From Patescibacteria group bacterium (GTDB taxonomy: Bacteria > Patescibacteriota > Minisyncoccia > Minisyncoccales > PWPS01): a stretch of DNA of 64,000 bases. The stretch covers positions 5,479 to 69,478 of the forward strand of contig JBNJDU010000002.1 of the NCBI GenBank assembly GCA_051745165.1, given 5' to 3'. A program made the position numbers and the translations under genes. The notes beneath the pieces are model-generated. The model had not been told where the DNA came from. It did no database searches and saw only the letters and a program-made list of their open reading frames with translations. This document shows, in pieces, positions 7,210-16,425 of this stretch; positions within the stretch are counted from its first letter, which is position 1, and the number at the start of each line of letters is the position of its first letter.

Positions 7210-8934
7210 ATGATTTCAAATAAAAAAGCGGACAAATATTTTATGTATTGTCGTAAATCAAGTGAATCTGAGGATCGACAAATACAATCTATAGACGCAC
7301 AAAAAAGAGAGCTTAAGAAAATAGCAAAGAAGGATAATTTGAATGTAGTGGATATATTAACTGAATCAGCTTCAGCAAAGGAGCCAGGAAGACTAGTATT
7401 TAATAATATGATTAAGAGAATAGAAGATGGAGAAGTTGATGGTTTATTAGTGTGGAAAGTTAATCGATTAGCTAGAAATGCTCGTGATGGAGGAACAGTT
7501 AAGTGGCTTTTACAAGATGGAGTAATAAAGCACATAAAAACATTTTCAGGAAATCATTACCCCGAAGATAATGCTGTTGTTTTATCTGTAGAAATGGGTA
7601 TGTCTGCACAGTACTCAAGAGATTTGAGTACTGACACGAAAAGAGGTTTACGTGAAAGATATGAGAGAGGTTATCCGAACGGACAAGCTCCCATTGGCTA
7701 TAAAAATGATTTAAGTAAAAAGCCTGGTAATAGAGGATGGAAAGTTAATGAAGATCGCTTTCCTTTAGTTAAAAAGCTTTTAAAGTTGTATTTAACAGGA
7801 GATCATTCTGTTAGTAGTCTCAAAAAGATAGCCAATGATAAGTTTAATTTAACTACTCCAGAGAGAAAGAATAAAGGAGGTAAAAAGATTTCTAGATCAT
7901 ACATTCATCATATGCTACAAAATCCAGTGTATGCAGGCTTCTTTCTTGTAAACGGCAGTAAAAGATATGAGTTAAACCCTAAAGTACCTACAATGATAAC
8001 GGAAGAAGAATATAATAAAATTCAAGATATTCTAAGCGATAAAAATAGATCTAGAACTTCCAGTTTAGAAAAAAGCTTTCCTTACAAAGAAGGTGGGAGG
8101 ATGATTTGTGGTTATTGTGGAGGGGTAGTCTCTGCAGAAAGAAAAAGCCAAGTAATTTGTTCTAATTGTAATAAAAAGTTTTCCAGGATAAGTAAAGATA
8201 AGTGCCCGAGCTGTGGAACTGAAATAAGTAAAATGGAGGATCCTACCTTTTTGGATTATAAATACTATCACTGTACTAAAAATAAAGACTCAGAGTGTCC
8301 TAGTCCGTATATAAGAGAAGAAAAGATAAATGAGGAGGTGAGCACTTTCCTTAAGAATAATTTGGAGATATCCCCTTCCTTGCGTGAATGGTGTGTTAAA
8401 AATGTAAAACAACTAGAAAAGGATAAGAGGCAACGGATTAAAAAACAAAAAGATAAATGGGAGGAAGAGTTAAAAGAAAAGGAAGAAGAGTATGACCGTC
8501 TTTTAAGAATGCAATTAAAGGAAGATTTTGATATGGATAAAGAGGATTTTAATAGACTAAAAAACGAAATAAAATCAGAAAAGAATGCTGTTAAGAGTAA
8601 ACTGAAAGAGTTAGAAAGCAATTCTGATAATATAGAAAAGAAACTAAAAAAGACACTTGATATCACTACAGGAGTTTCAAATATATTTAAAAAAGGAACC
8701 AGTGAAGAAAAGAAAGAAGTTTTATCAAAAACTGCTTCGAACTTAACTGTTAAGAAGGATGAAATCCAAATTTCAAGTCAAAACCACTTCTCTATCTTAT
8801 TGGAGGCTCTTTCGGCAGTTAAAGATGAAAACCCCTCATTCGAACCCCGAAATAGTACCCCTTTTAACGGAAAAACCGAGGTTGAAGCCTCGGCTTGTCC
8901 TGTTTTGCTCCGCGGACAGGATTCGAACCTGTGA
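7210..8934 (+). CDS. Large serine recombinase (resolvase + recombinase + Zn-ribbon + coiled coil)
   Basis: YCRKSSE catalytic motif, VWKVNRLARN, GQAPIGY, LQNPVYAG, CGYCG..YYHC. ATG at 7210 preferred over the TTG start at 7165. C-terminus LLRGQDSNL* is read from the antisense of tRNA-Asn. Confidence 0.95.
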   Translation: MISNKKADKYFMYCRKSSESEDRQIQSIDAQKRELKKIAKKDNLNVVDILTESASAKEPGRLVFNNMIKRIEDGEVDGLLVWKVNRLARNARDGGTVKWLLQDGVIKHIKTFSGNHYPEDNAVVLSVEMGMSAQYSRDLSTDTKRGLRERYERGYPNGQAPIGYKNDLSKKPGNRGWKVNEDRFPLVKKLLKLYLTGDHSVSSLKKIANDKFNLTTPERKNKGGKKISRSYIHHMLQNPVYAGFFLVNGSKRYELNPKVPTMITEEEYNKIQDILSDKNRSRTSSLEKSFPYKEGGRMICGYCGGVVSAERKSQVICSNCNKKFSRISKDKCPSCGTEISKMEDPTFLDYKYYHCTKNKDSECPSPYIREEKINEEVSTFLKNNLEISPSLREWCVKNVKQLEKDKRQRIKKQKDKWEEELKEKEEEYDRLLRMQLKEDFDMDKEDFNRLKNEIKSEKNAVKSKLKELESNSDNIEKKLKKTLDITTGVSNIFKKGTSEEKKEVLSKTASNLTVKKDEIQISSQNHFSILLEALSAVKDENPSFEPRNSTPFNGKTEVEASACPVLLRGQDSNL

Positions 8935-8979
8935 CATCCTCCTTAACAGGGAGGCGTTCTACCGCTGAACTACCGCGGA
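8908..8979 (-). tRNA. tRNA-Asn(GTT)
   Basis: TCCGCGG acceptor, CCTCC-CTGTTAA-GGAGG anticodon arm, GGTTCGAATCC T-loop; CCA not encoded. Confidence 0.97.
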
Positions 8980-9051
8980 ATATTTGGTTTTAAGCGTTAT
9001 TATTTTAGCACAATAACAAATTCAGTCAACTTTAATTTTTTACTAAAGATA

Positions 9052-9078
9052 TGTGTGAGAGGTTAAACCTCTCACACA
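9052..9078. repeat. Palindrome with AGGTTAAACCT core (terminator or REP-like)
   Basis: TGTGTGAGAGGTT-A-AACCTCTCACACA between rpoD and tRNA-Asn. Confidence 0.7.
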
Positions 9079-9106
9079 GTAATAGTTTAAAGTTAAGGGT
9101 TAAAGC

Positions 9107-10321
9107 TTAGTAACCCTTTAACTTTTTAACGTCATCTTTATTTCTTATTTTCTCTAATGCTTTAGCTTGAATCTGTCTGATACGCTCCCTAGTAACGTCA
9201 AAAACCTGCCCTACTTCCTCTAAGGTATGAGTTACGCCGTCTTCAAGCCCAAACCTCATGGAGAGTATTTTCTTCTCTCTATCGTCCAAATCAGCCATTA
9301 CCTCGTGCAATCTTTCTTTTAATAATTTTCTTCCCGCATCCACGGATGGTGGAGTAGTTTCTTCATCTTCAATAAAGTCAGCTAATGTAGAATTATCTTC
9401 ATCATCACCAACCGGTGCTTCAAGTGAAGTTGCGGTTTGATAAATTTTTATGATGTGCCTAACTTTATCGACTTCAAGCCCCATTTCAGCAGCTACTTCT
9501 TCTGCAGAAGGTTCTCTTCCTAAAGATTGGAATAAGTCCTTTCTTACTTTTGTATACTTAGAAATCTTTTCTACCATGTGGACCGGAATTCTAACTGTTC
9601 TGGACTGATCAGCTAAAGCTCTGTTTATTGATTGTCTAATCCACCAAGTTGCATAAGTAGAAAATTTATAACCTCTTCTCCAGTCAAATTTTTCAACGGC
9701 TCTAAAGAGACCAAGATTACCTTCTTGGATTAAATCTAAAAAGCTAAGTTTTGGAGATCGTCCAATGTATTTTTTAGCAATAGAAACTACTAATCTAAGA
9801 TTAGCTCTAATCATTCTTCTTTTTGCCTCCATGTCTTCTTTTTCAATCCGTTTTGCAAGCTCTACTTCTTCTTCAGCACTAAGTAAAGGTTCTTTTGAAA
9901 TCTCTTTTAAATAAGTTTGAATAGAGTCAATCTTGTTTGGGGTTATTCCTCCCATTCCTTCTTGATCTTCATCCTCTAAAAGGCTTCTTTCTTGCTTTAC
10001 TTGTATATTGCTTTTTTCTAATCTCTTAACTACTTTTTCTAATTTTTCTGAATCTTCTTCTGCCTCCGGATAAAACTCAAAAATATCTGAGTGGTATAAA
10101 ACTCTTCCTCTGTTTCTTCCCATCTTCATTAACTCTCTCATCTTTTTAGGAAGCTTTTTCTGATTATTGGGCTTTTTCTCTTCCTCATCGTCTTCGTCGT
10201 CCTTATCTTCATCTTCTTCTTTTTCTTCCTCTTCATCTTCAGTCTCTTCTTCAGTATCTTCATCTTCATTTTCTTCCTTCTCCTCCTCTTTTTTATTTTT
10301 TTTATTTTTTTTCTTAGTCAT
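9107..10321 (-). CDS. rpoD: Primary sigma factor RpoD
   Basis: [43 protein letters not shown]; follows dnaG. Confidence 0.97.
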   Translation of the reverse strand: MTKKKNKKNKKEEEKEENEDEDTEEETEDEEEEKEEDEDKDDEDDEEEKKPNNQKKLPKKMRELMKMGRNRGRVLYHSDIFEFYPEAEEDSEKLEKVVKRLEKSNIQVKQERSLLEDEDQEGMGGITPNKIDSIQTYLKEISKEPLLSAEEEVELAKRIEKEDMEAKRRMIRANLRLVVSIAKKYIGRSPKLSFLDLIQEGNLGLFRAVEKFDWRRGYKFSTYATWWIRQSINRALADQSRTVRIPVHMVEKISKYTKVRKDLFQSLGREPSAEEVAAEMGLEVDKVRHIIKIYQTATSLEAPVGDDEDNSTLADFIEDEETTPPSVDAGRKLLKERLHEVMADLDDREKKILSMRFGLEDGVTHTLEEVGQVFDVTRERIRQIQAKALEKIRNKDDVKKLKGY

Positions 10322-12032
10322 GACTATTTTCTTGAAGTTTTTTAGATAATTTATAAGCTTCTTGAGTTAGTTTCTTAAGCTGCTCAGTATTGTTTTGATT
10401 TTCTGCTTTTTTAATTTCCTTTTGAATTTTTTTAAGTTTAAATTTAATTTTTTCTTTTTTAATTTCTTTTAAGCAATTTTTAACTTCCTCTTTTTCATTA
10501 CCCACTCCTCTTTCTGGTCGAAGAGCAAAATAATCTATCGTCTTTTTCATTTTTTCATCTTTTTCCTCGTCATTTTTAATTGCTTGCAATATATTTTTAC
10601 CTCTTCTTGAAAATATTTCAAAGTCATCTATTAAACCTATCTTTTCTGGATCTTTAGCTACTAGCGATATAACTCTTTCTTCTAAAACTGCTTTTCTTGA
10701 TTTCTTTCTTTGCTCTCTTTTTTTATTATTTTTAGCTGTTTTTCGCTTATTTTTTTTACTTTTAATACTTTTTAATTGATCAGACACCGCCTTTTCACTA
10801 ATATCCAACTTATCCGCTAATTGCTTAACCCAGTGTGATTGCTCTATGCGGTTAGGTATTTTTTTAATTATAGGGAGAAGCTCTTTAGCAATTTTCTTTT
10901 TTTCTTTAGATTTAGACAAGTCTCTTCCAGAAAAAGCGTCTTCGAAATAAAACTTCATAATTTCTTTAGCGTTTTCAACTGCAGACTCCCATTTACTCTT
11001 GTCTTCTTTAACTAAATCAGCAGGATCCATGTCATTAGGTAAAGTAATAACCTTTACATCAAAATCAAGTTTTCTAGCCATTTCGATTCCTTTTTTAGTT
11101 GCCGAAGCCCCAGCATCATCCATGTCGAAAGCGGTAAACAAATTATGAGTATATCGAGATAATATTTTTAATTGCTGCTCTGTTAATGCAGTTCCTGAAG
11201 TAGAAATAACATTTTTAAAACCAGCCTGATGGGCCATTATAACGTCCGTATAACCCTCTACTAAAATACATTGATCTTGCCTTCTTATTTCTACCTTTGC
11301 CTTATCTAACCCATAAAGAACTTTACTTTTGTCGTATAGAGGGGTTTGAGGACTATTAATATACTTCGCTGTGTCATCATTATCACCAAAGATACGTCCT
11401 CCAAAAGCTATTGGATTTGCAGAAGGATTGTTGATGGGAAACATGATTCTTCCTCTGAATCTATCATAAGAATGATCATTTTTCTTGATTGCTAATCCAG
11501 CCTCAACAATTTCTTTTCTTTTATATCCTTTTGAAATCAAAAATTTGGAAAGAGCTTGCCAAGAATCAGGACTATATCCTAACCTCCACTTATTAATTGA
11601 CTCCTCAGAAATTCCCCGTCCAATTAAGTATTCCTTAGCTTCTTTACCTTTTTTTGAAGCTTCTAGCTGTTTTTGGAAAAACTTAGTAGCCAAATCATAC
11701 ATTTCAGAAAACTTCTGTTTTTTACTAGCCTTTTTAGGATCTCTTTTCTTTATATCAACTCCTGCTTTTTTAGCTAATATCTTCAAAGCTTCATAAAACT
11801 CAACACCTTCAATCTTCATAACAAAGTCAAACATATCTCCACCATCATTGCAACCACCAAAACATCTCCAAGACTGTCTGGAGGGAGAAACAAAAAATGA
11901 AGGCGTTTTCTCTGCATGAAAAGGACAAAGGGCTCTCAAGTTGGAGCCCACCTTCTCCAGCTCAATATATTCTTTAATAACATCCTCTATATCAAGCCGT
12001 GATTTAATCTCTTCAACTGTATCTTCGGACAT
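10314..12032 (-). CDS. dnaG: DNA primase
   Basis: [11 protein letters not shown] Zn finger, [22 protein letters not shown]. Confidence 0.98.
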   Translation of the reverse strand: MSEDTVEEIKSRLDIEDVIKEYIELEKVGSNLRALCPFHAEKTPSFFVSPSRQSWRCFGGCNDGGDMFDFVMKIEGVEFYEALKILAKKAGVDIKKRDPKKASKKQKFSEMYDLATKFFQKQLEASKKGKEAKEYLIGRGISEESINKWRLGYSPDSWQALSKFLISKGYKRKEIVEAGLAIKKNDHSYDRFRGRIMFPINNPSANPIAFGGRIFGDNDDTAKYINSPQTPLYDKSKVLYGLDKAKVEIRRQDQCILVEGYTDVIMAHQAGFKNVISTSGTALTEQQLKILSRYTHNLFTAFDMDDAGASATKKGIEMARKLDFDVKVITLPNDMDPADLVKEDKSKWESAVENAKEIMKFYFEDAFSGRDLSKSKEKKKIAKELLPIIKKIPNRIEQSHWVKQLADKLDISEKAVSDQLKSIKSKKNKRKTAKNNKKREQRKKSRKAVLEERVISLVAKDPEKIGLIDDFEIFSRRGKNILQAIKNDEEKDEKMKKTIDYFALRPERGVGNEKEEVKNCLKEIKKEKIKFKLKKIQKEIKKAENQNNTEQLKKLTQEAYKLSKKLQENSHD

Positions 12033-12041
12033 ATCTTTTTT

Positions 12042-12070
12042 ATTATAAAGAAAGTAGGTTTTTATTTCAA
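12042..12070 (-). promoter_or_regulatory. Sigma70 promoter of dnaG-rpoD
   Basis: TTGAAA-17-TATAAT on minus strand, ending 9 nt before the ATG. Confidence 0.7.
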
Positions 12071-12086
12071 GCTTTAGTTAAAATGT

Positions 12087-12115
12087 TTGACAAGCAGTTC
12101 TTATTCCACTAGAAT
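12087..12115 (+). promoter_or_regulatory. Sigma70 promoter of the glycosyltransferase operon
   Basis: TTGACA-17-TAGAAT. Confidence 0.75.
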
Positions 12116-12134
12116 TTTTACTACAAACATCATT

Positions 12135-12178
12135 TTTCTTAAAGCAGGGTTTCGAGTTTCTTAAAGCAGGGTTTCGAG
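12135..12178 (+). repeat. 22-bp tandem duplication in a hairpin-forming leader
   Basis: TTTCTTAAAGCAGGGTTTCGAG x2, complementary to 12180-12203. Confidence 0.85.
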
Positions 12179-12211
12179 AGGAGCCCTTTTTTAAGGAAAA
12201 ATGTAAATAAT

Positions 12212-13534
12212 ATGAAAATTTTATTTTTATACGACTTCCCTCTTTGGGGTAACGGATCAGGTGCCTATTTGAGAAGTTTGGTGAAAGAATTTGTAGACAT
12301 GGGGCACGAAGTAGGAATTATCGCTCCTGAAGAGAGAAGATTTTTAGAAAGCAAAATTAAGCAATATAAAGTAGATGCTCCTCAGATTCCGGTATTTAAT
12401 AGTCACCCGGAATTAAAAGGGGCTAAAAGATACTCTGAACTCTCTCCTAGAGAGATTACTGAAATATATGAAGCCTACCTGGAAACAACCATGGAGGCTA
12501 TCTTTAATTTTGATCCTGATGTGTTACATGTAAACCATTTGGCTCTTATCACCTGGCCAGCACGATATGTGTCAGCGCTTATGGATACAAAGTACATTAT
12601 TACTGTTCACGGAAGTTGCCTTACAAACACTTTAGAGAATAAAGAATATTTACCTTTAACCGAAGATGCGGTAAGGCAAGCAAAAGCAGTAACAATGGTA
12701 AGTAAATCTACCAAAGACAGATTTTTTGATCATTTTAATGAAGACGAAGTGACTAGATCAAGAATAATTCCTGGAGGTGTTGATATTAGCAACTTTCCAA
12801 AAGAAGTAGACACTTCTCATATTGAAGATAAATATAATTTGAAAGGTAAGAAGGTTGTCTTTTTTGCTGGCCGCCTTACTTCTGAAAAGGGAATGGAGTA
12901 TTTAGTAAAAGCCGCAGACAAAATTGATGGGGAGATATTTATTGCCGGAGAAGGAGCAATGCGGAAAGATTTAGAAAAAATGATTGCTAAAAATAATCTT
13001 GGAAATGTTCACCTTTTAGGATATTTATTAACAGAAGAACTTATTCCTTTCTATTATCGTGCCGATGTTTTTGTCTCTCCTTCAGTAGTAGCTGAGGCCT
13101 TTGGTTTAACTATAACGGAAGCAATGGCAGCTAGAACCCCAGTAATCGCAACTAAAAAGGGTGGGATTCCATTAATTGTAAAAGATGGTAAAAACGGTCT
13201 TTTTGTAAAAGCGAAAAGTGCTGACGATATAGCTAGAAAGTGTAACAAACTACTTAATGATGATGAGCTTAGAGAAAAGATGGGTAAACGAGCAAGGAAA
13301 GACATTGAAGAAAAGTTTACCTGGCGTAAAGTTGCTGAGAGATTTGAATTTTTATATAAAATAGTCACTGGTGAATACTATAAAGAAAGAAAAAGAATAA
13401 GAGAAAAGGAGAAAGAATATAAGAAAATGAAAAAGAAAGATCTAATCAAAAAGGCAAAAGAAAAAGATTTAGATTTTAAAAAGTCAGCCACCAAAAAAGA
13501 GCTAATCAAAAAGCTCATCCAAAAAATAAAATAA
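12212..13534 (+). CDS. Glycosyltransferase family 4 with C-terminal HeH/Rho_N-like tail
   Basis: FAGRLTSEKG, EAFGLTITEAMA; tail KKKDLIKKAKEKDLDFKKSATKKELIKKL. Confidence 0.9.
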   Translation: MKILFLYDFPLWGNGSGAYLRSLVKEFVDMGHEVGIIAPEERRFLESKIKQYKVDAPQIPVFNSHPELKGAKRYSELSPREITEIYEAYLETTMEAIFNFDPDVLHVNHLALITWPARYVSALMDTKYIITVHGSCLTNTLENKEYLPLTEDAVRQAKAVTMVSKSTKDRFFDHFNEDEVTRSRIIPGGVDISNFPKEVDTSHIEDKYNLKGKKVVFFAGRLTSEKGMEYLVKAADKIDGEIFIAGEGAMRKDLEKMIAKNNLGNVHLLGYLLTEELIPFYYRADVFVSPSVVAEAFGLTITEAMAARTPVIATKKGGIPLIVKDGKNGLFVKAKSADDIARKCNKLLNDDELREKMGKRARKDIEEKFTWRKVAERFEFLYKIVTGEYYKERKRIREKEKEYKKMKKKDLIKKAKEKDLDFKKSATKKELIKKLIQKIK

Positions 13535-13538
13535 ATAT

Positions 13539-14135
13539 ATGACTATCGTCATTTTGGGGGGCGGAATTGATGACGGAAAACTCCCTGAGCAAGTAAAAAA
13601 ACGATTAGATAAAGCGATCAACGTCTCTAAAGAAAGAGGTGTTGATCGTTTTTTAGTTTGTGGTAGATGGAGCTTTCTTTTTACTGATTCGGAGACCCCT
13701 TCTACTACAGAGGCAAGACTGATGAAAAAATACTTAATAAACCAAGGGGTTAACGAGAATAATATATTTTTAGAGGAGAAATCAATGGACACGATAAGTA
13801 ACGCCTACTACGCTAAAACTGAATACTTTTTACCAGAAAAAGAAAAAGGTGCTATTGTAATTAGCTCTAATTACCATATCCCTAGAGTGAAATATATTTT
13901 CGAAAAAACATTCGGCGAAGAGTATAGCTTAGAGTTTATAGGAATTGAAACTGATAATTCTCAAAAACTACTCAAACGACAAGAAAGACTTTTAAAGGAA
14001 ATGAGAAAGTTAACTAGTGATATGAAAAATGGTGATCATGAATTTTTAAAAACTTTGTTTTTTAATGCTGATTATTATAAAAGAAAACGTCCTGCTTGGG
14101 TAAAAAACAAAACAAGCAAAGGAAAAATAAAATGA
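13539..14135 (+). CDS. YdcF/DUF218 family protein
   Basis: IVILGGG, TEARLMKKYL, LEEKSMDTISNA, SSNYHIPRV. Confidence 0.9.
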   Translation: MTIVILGGGIDDGKLPEQVKKRLDKAINVSKERGVDRFLVCGRWSFLFTDSETPSTTEARLMKKYLINQGVNENNIFLEEKSMDTISNAYYAKTEYFLPEKEKGAIVISSNYHIPRVKYIFEKTFGEEYSLEFIGIETDNSQKLLKRQERLLKEMRKLTSDMKNGDHEFLKTLFFNADYYKRKRPAWVKNKTSKGKIK

Positions 14136-15247
14136 ATAAAAATATAAAAATTGTCTTTTACTGTAGCTGGGGTGGTTTTGGTCATGTTGCAAGAAGTTAC
14201 TCAATAATAAGCAAACTACCAAAGGAAGGTAGCTACACTGTAGCTACTCCGGAAGATTGGCCCTTTAAAAAGCCTAATAAAAACTTTAAGTATAAAAAGC
14301 TTCATAAACCAAAAAGCAGAATCAGATTAGAAGGGGAAGAGCTAATAGTCCAAGATTATGAAGAAGGCGCTCAAGATGTAAAAGGATATAAAAAACATTT
14401 ACACCAATTTATAGATCTTTTAAAACAAGAGGACCCGGACTTAGTTGTTGTTGATAATCCAGCTGAAGTTTCTTTAATTACTAAAATTTTAGGATATAAA
14501 ACTGTCGTAATGTACGAAACCTTGAACACAAATGACCTGCGCTGGAGAATGGCTTGGAAAAGTGCTGATAAATTGCTCGCCCCTTATCCTGAAGAATTTC
14601 TTAAAGAAATAGATTTTCCATACTTAGAAAATACCTATTGCTCAGGCGGCTTTACTCGATTTGAATCTAATCCAGAATCGAAAAAGATAACTCAAGAAAA
14701 AGCTAGAGAAAAGCTAAACCTTTCTTCAGAGGAAAAATATATACTTATAACTGTTGGTAAAGGAGAGACGGCTAAAAGTTTAATCAAAAAAATGCTTTCA
14801 AATTTAGCACAAGTAGACTACAAACTTTTATTAGCCTATCCTAATCCAGATCAAGAAATAAAAAATCTAGTTCAAAAATATAATAAACTAGAAGTTATTT
14901 CCGGAGTATTTGAAGAAATGTATCTTTACCTTATCAGTAGTGATATTATAGTTGCTGGAGCTGGCTATAACTCAGTTATGGAAGCTTTCTCTTTTCAAAA
15001 ACCAACTATTTCCATACCACTAAGTAATATTTATAACGAACAAATCTTCAAAGCGAAAATATTTTCTAAACTAGGTGCTTTGAGTTATGTTGATCCAGAT
15101 AACCCAGAACTAGTCTATGACAGAATAAAGGAATTAGAAAAAAAGAATAATGCAGAAGAAATGATAAAAATTCAAAAAAGAATAGTGGATGGAAGTGGAT
15201 CCAAAAGAGCTGCAGATAAATTAGTAGAACTAATAAAAAATGACTAA
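14132..15247 (+). CDS. GT-B glycosyltransferase (GT28 C-terminal-like)
   Basis: GGFGHVARS, AGAGYNSVME, EQ motif; ATGA overlap with the upstream stop supports a start at 14132. Confidence 0.85.
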   Translation: MNKNIKIVFYCSWGGFGHVARSYSIISKLPKEGSYTVATPEDWPFKKPNKNFKYKKLHKPKSRIRLEGEELIVQDYEEGAQDVKGYKKHLHQFIDLLKQEDPDLVVVDNPAEVSLITKILGYKTVVMYETLNTNDLRWRMAWKSADKLLAPYPEEFLKEIDFPYLENTYCSGGFTRFESNPESKKITQEKAREKLNLSSEEKYILITVGKGETAKSLIKKMLSNLAQVDYKLLLAYPNPDQEIKNLVQKYNKLEVISGVFEEMYLYLISSDIIVAGAGYNSVMEAFSFQKPTISIPLSNIYNEQIFKAKIFSKLGALSYVDPDNPELVYDRIKELEKKNNAEEMIKIQKRIVDGSGSKRAADKLVELIKND

Positions 15248-16415
15248 AATAAAAAAACTAATTGCTTTTTTACTAGCTCCTATTTTTCGCCTTTTCAAGA
15301 AAAATGAAATTTGGATAATGGGCGCTTCGCAAGGAAAAAAGTTTACCGACAATGGTGCTGTTTTGTATAGATATTTACTCGAAAACAAGCCTGAAATTAA
15401 CACTTATTGGATAATAAATAAAGACTCTCCGGATTTATCTAAGGTAAAAAAGACGGGTCCTTTTGTATATAAAAACACAATCAAAGGTAATATATACGTT
15501 TTACTCGCCGACGTGCTAATAACTACTCATAATATACATAAAGATTTTTCTGCTTATTCTGTAGATAAATACAAGGACAAATTCAAAGTCTTTATTTCTC
15601 ACGGAATAGAAGGTTTAAAAATAAAAGCTCCTCACCATGCTAAAGTACATAAGATTTACGATCTATCTATTGCCGTTTCGGAATTTGAAAAAGAAATTAA
15701 AGTTAATGAGTGGGGCTTAGAAGAAGATAAAATATGTGTAACTAACCTTCCTCGCTATGATGTTTTAGATAAGCATAAAAATAAAAAAACAGAAGAAGTA
15801 AAGCAAATATTCTATATGCCAACTTGGTGTCCCGAGTATAGAAAAACTTTTGACCAAGATTATTCTGATTTAACTAATGAGCAAATAGAAGAATTTAAAA
15901 ACCGAGAATATTTTCAAAAGATTAGCACTTTTATTTCCCACCCAGAATTAGCCAAACTTTTAGAGGAAGAGGATATAAAAATGGATGTCTTTTTTCACCA
16001 AAGCATCAACCCCTTTATGAGTAAGATAATTAAACAATCCCCTTGCTCCGAAAGAGTTTCTATTTTATCAAATGGTTCTCATATACAGCAAAAACTAATT
16101 AATGCTGATATATTAATAAGCGACTATTCAAGTGTTGTTTGGGATTTTTTGTATATGAATAAACCAACTATTTTCTATCAGTTTGACCAAGAAAAACACC
16201 TGCAGACAACCGGAACTTATATCGATGTACCAGCTGATTTATTTGGACCAGTAACAAAAAGTCCTGAAGAAAATATAGAAAAAATTAAAGAAATTATAGA
16301 AGAAGATAATTATAAATCTAAAAGAAAAAAAATTAAAAATAAATTCTTTAAATATGATGATGACAACAACTGTAAACGACTGATCAATGCTATACTTGAA
16401 AAAAAGAAGAATTAA
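15240..16415 (+). CDS. CDP-glycerol glycerophosphotransferase (TagB/TagF family)
   Basis: FTDNG, HG..LK, NLPRYD, YMPTW, LISDYSSV.WDF. Confidence 0.9.
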   Translation: MTKIKKLIAFLLAPIFRLFKKNEIWIMGASQGKKFTDNGAVLYRYLLENKPEINTYWIINKDSPDLSKVKKTGPFVYKNTIKGNIYVLLADVLITTHNIHKDFSAYSVDKYKDKFKVFISHGIEGLKIKAPHHAKVHKIYDLSIAVSEFEKEIKVNEWGLEEDKICVTNLPRYDVLDKHKNKKTEEVKQIFYMPTWCPEYRKTFDQDYSDLTNEQIEEFKNREYFQKISTFISHPELAKLLEEEDIKMDVFFHQSINPFMSKIIKQSPCSERVSILSNGSHIQQKLINADILISDYSSVVWDFLYMNKPTIFYQFDQEKHLQTTGTYIDVPADLFGPVTKSPEENIEKIKEIIEEDNYKSKRKKIKNKFFKYDDDNNCKRLINAILEKKKN

Positions 16416-16425
16416 TGGATTTAAA

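Larger units (their letters stand above)
384..8916. mobile_element. tRNA-Asn-integrated serine-recombinase element with tandem cassettes (likely continues left of the window)
   Basis: Core GCTCCGC(GGA) at 384, 1188 and 8907; recombinase abuts the tRNA; accessory cargo genes. Confidence 0.8.

Noticed and set aside
8759-8968. 69-aa ORF overlapping the recombinase end and tRNA-Asn
   Set aside because: Alternative frame over two established features, with no independent support.
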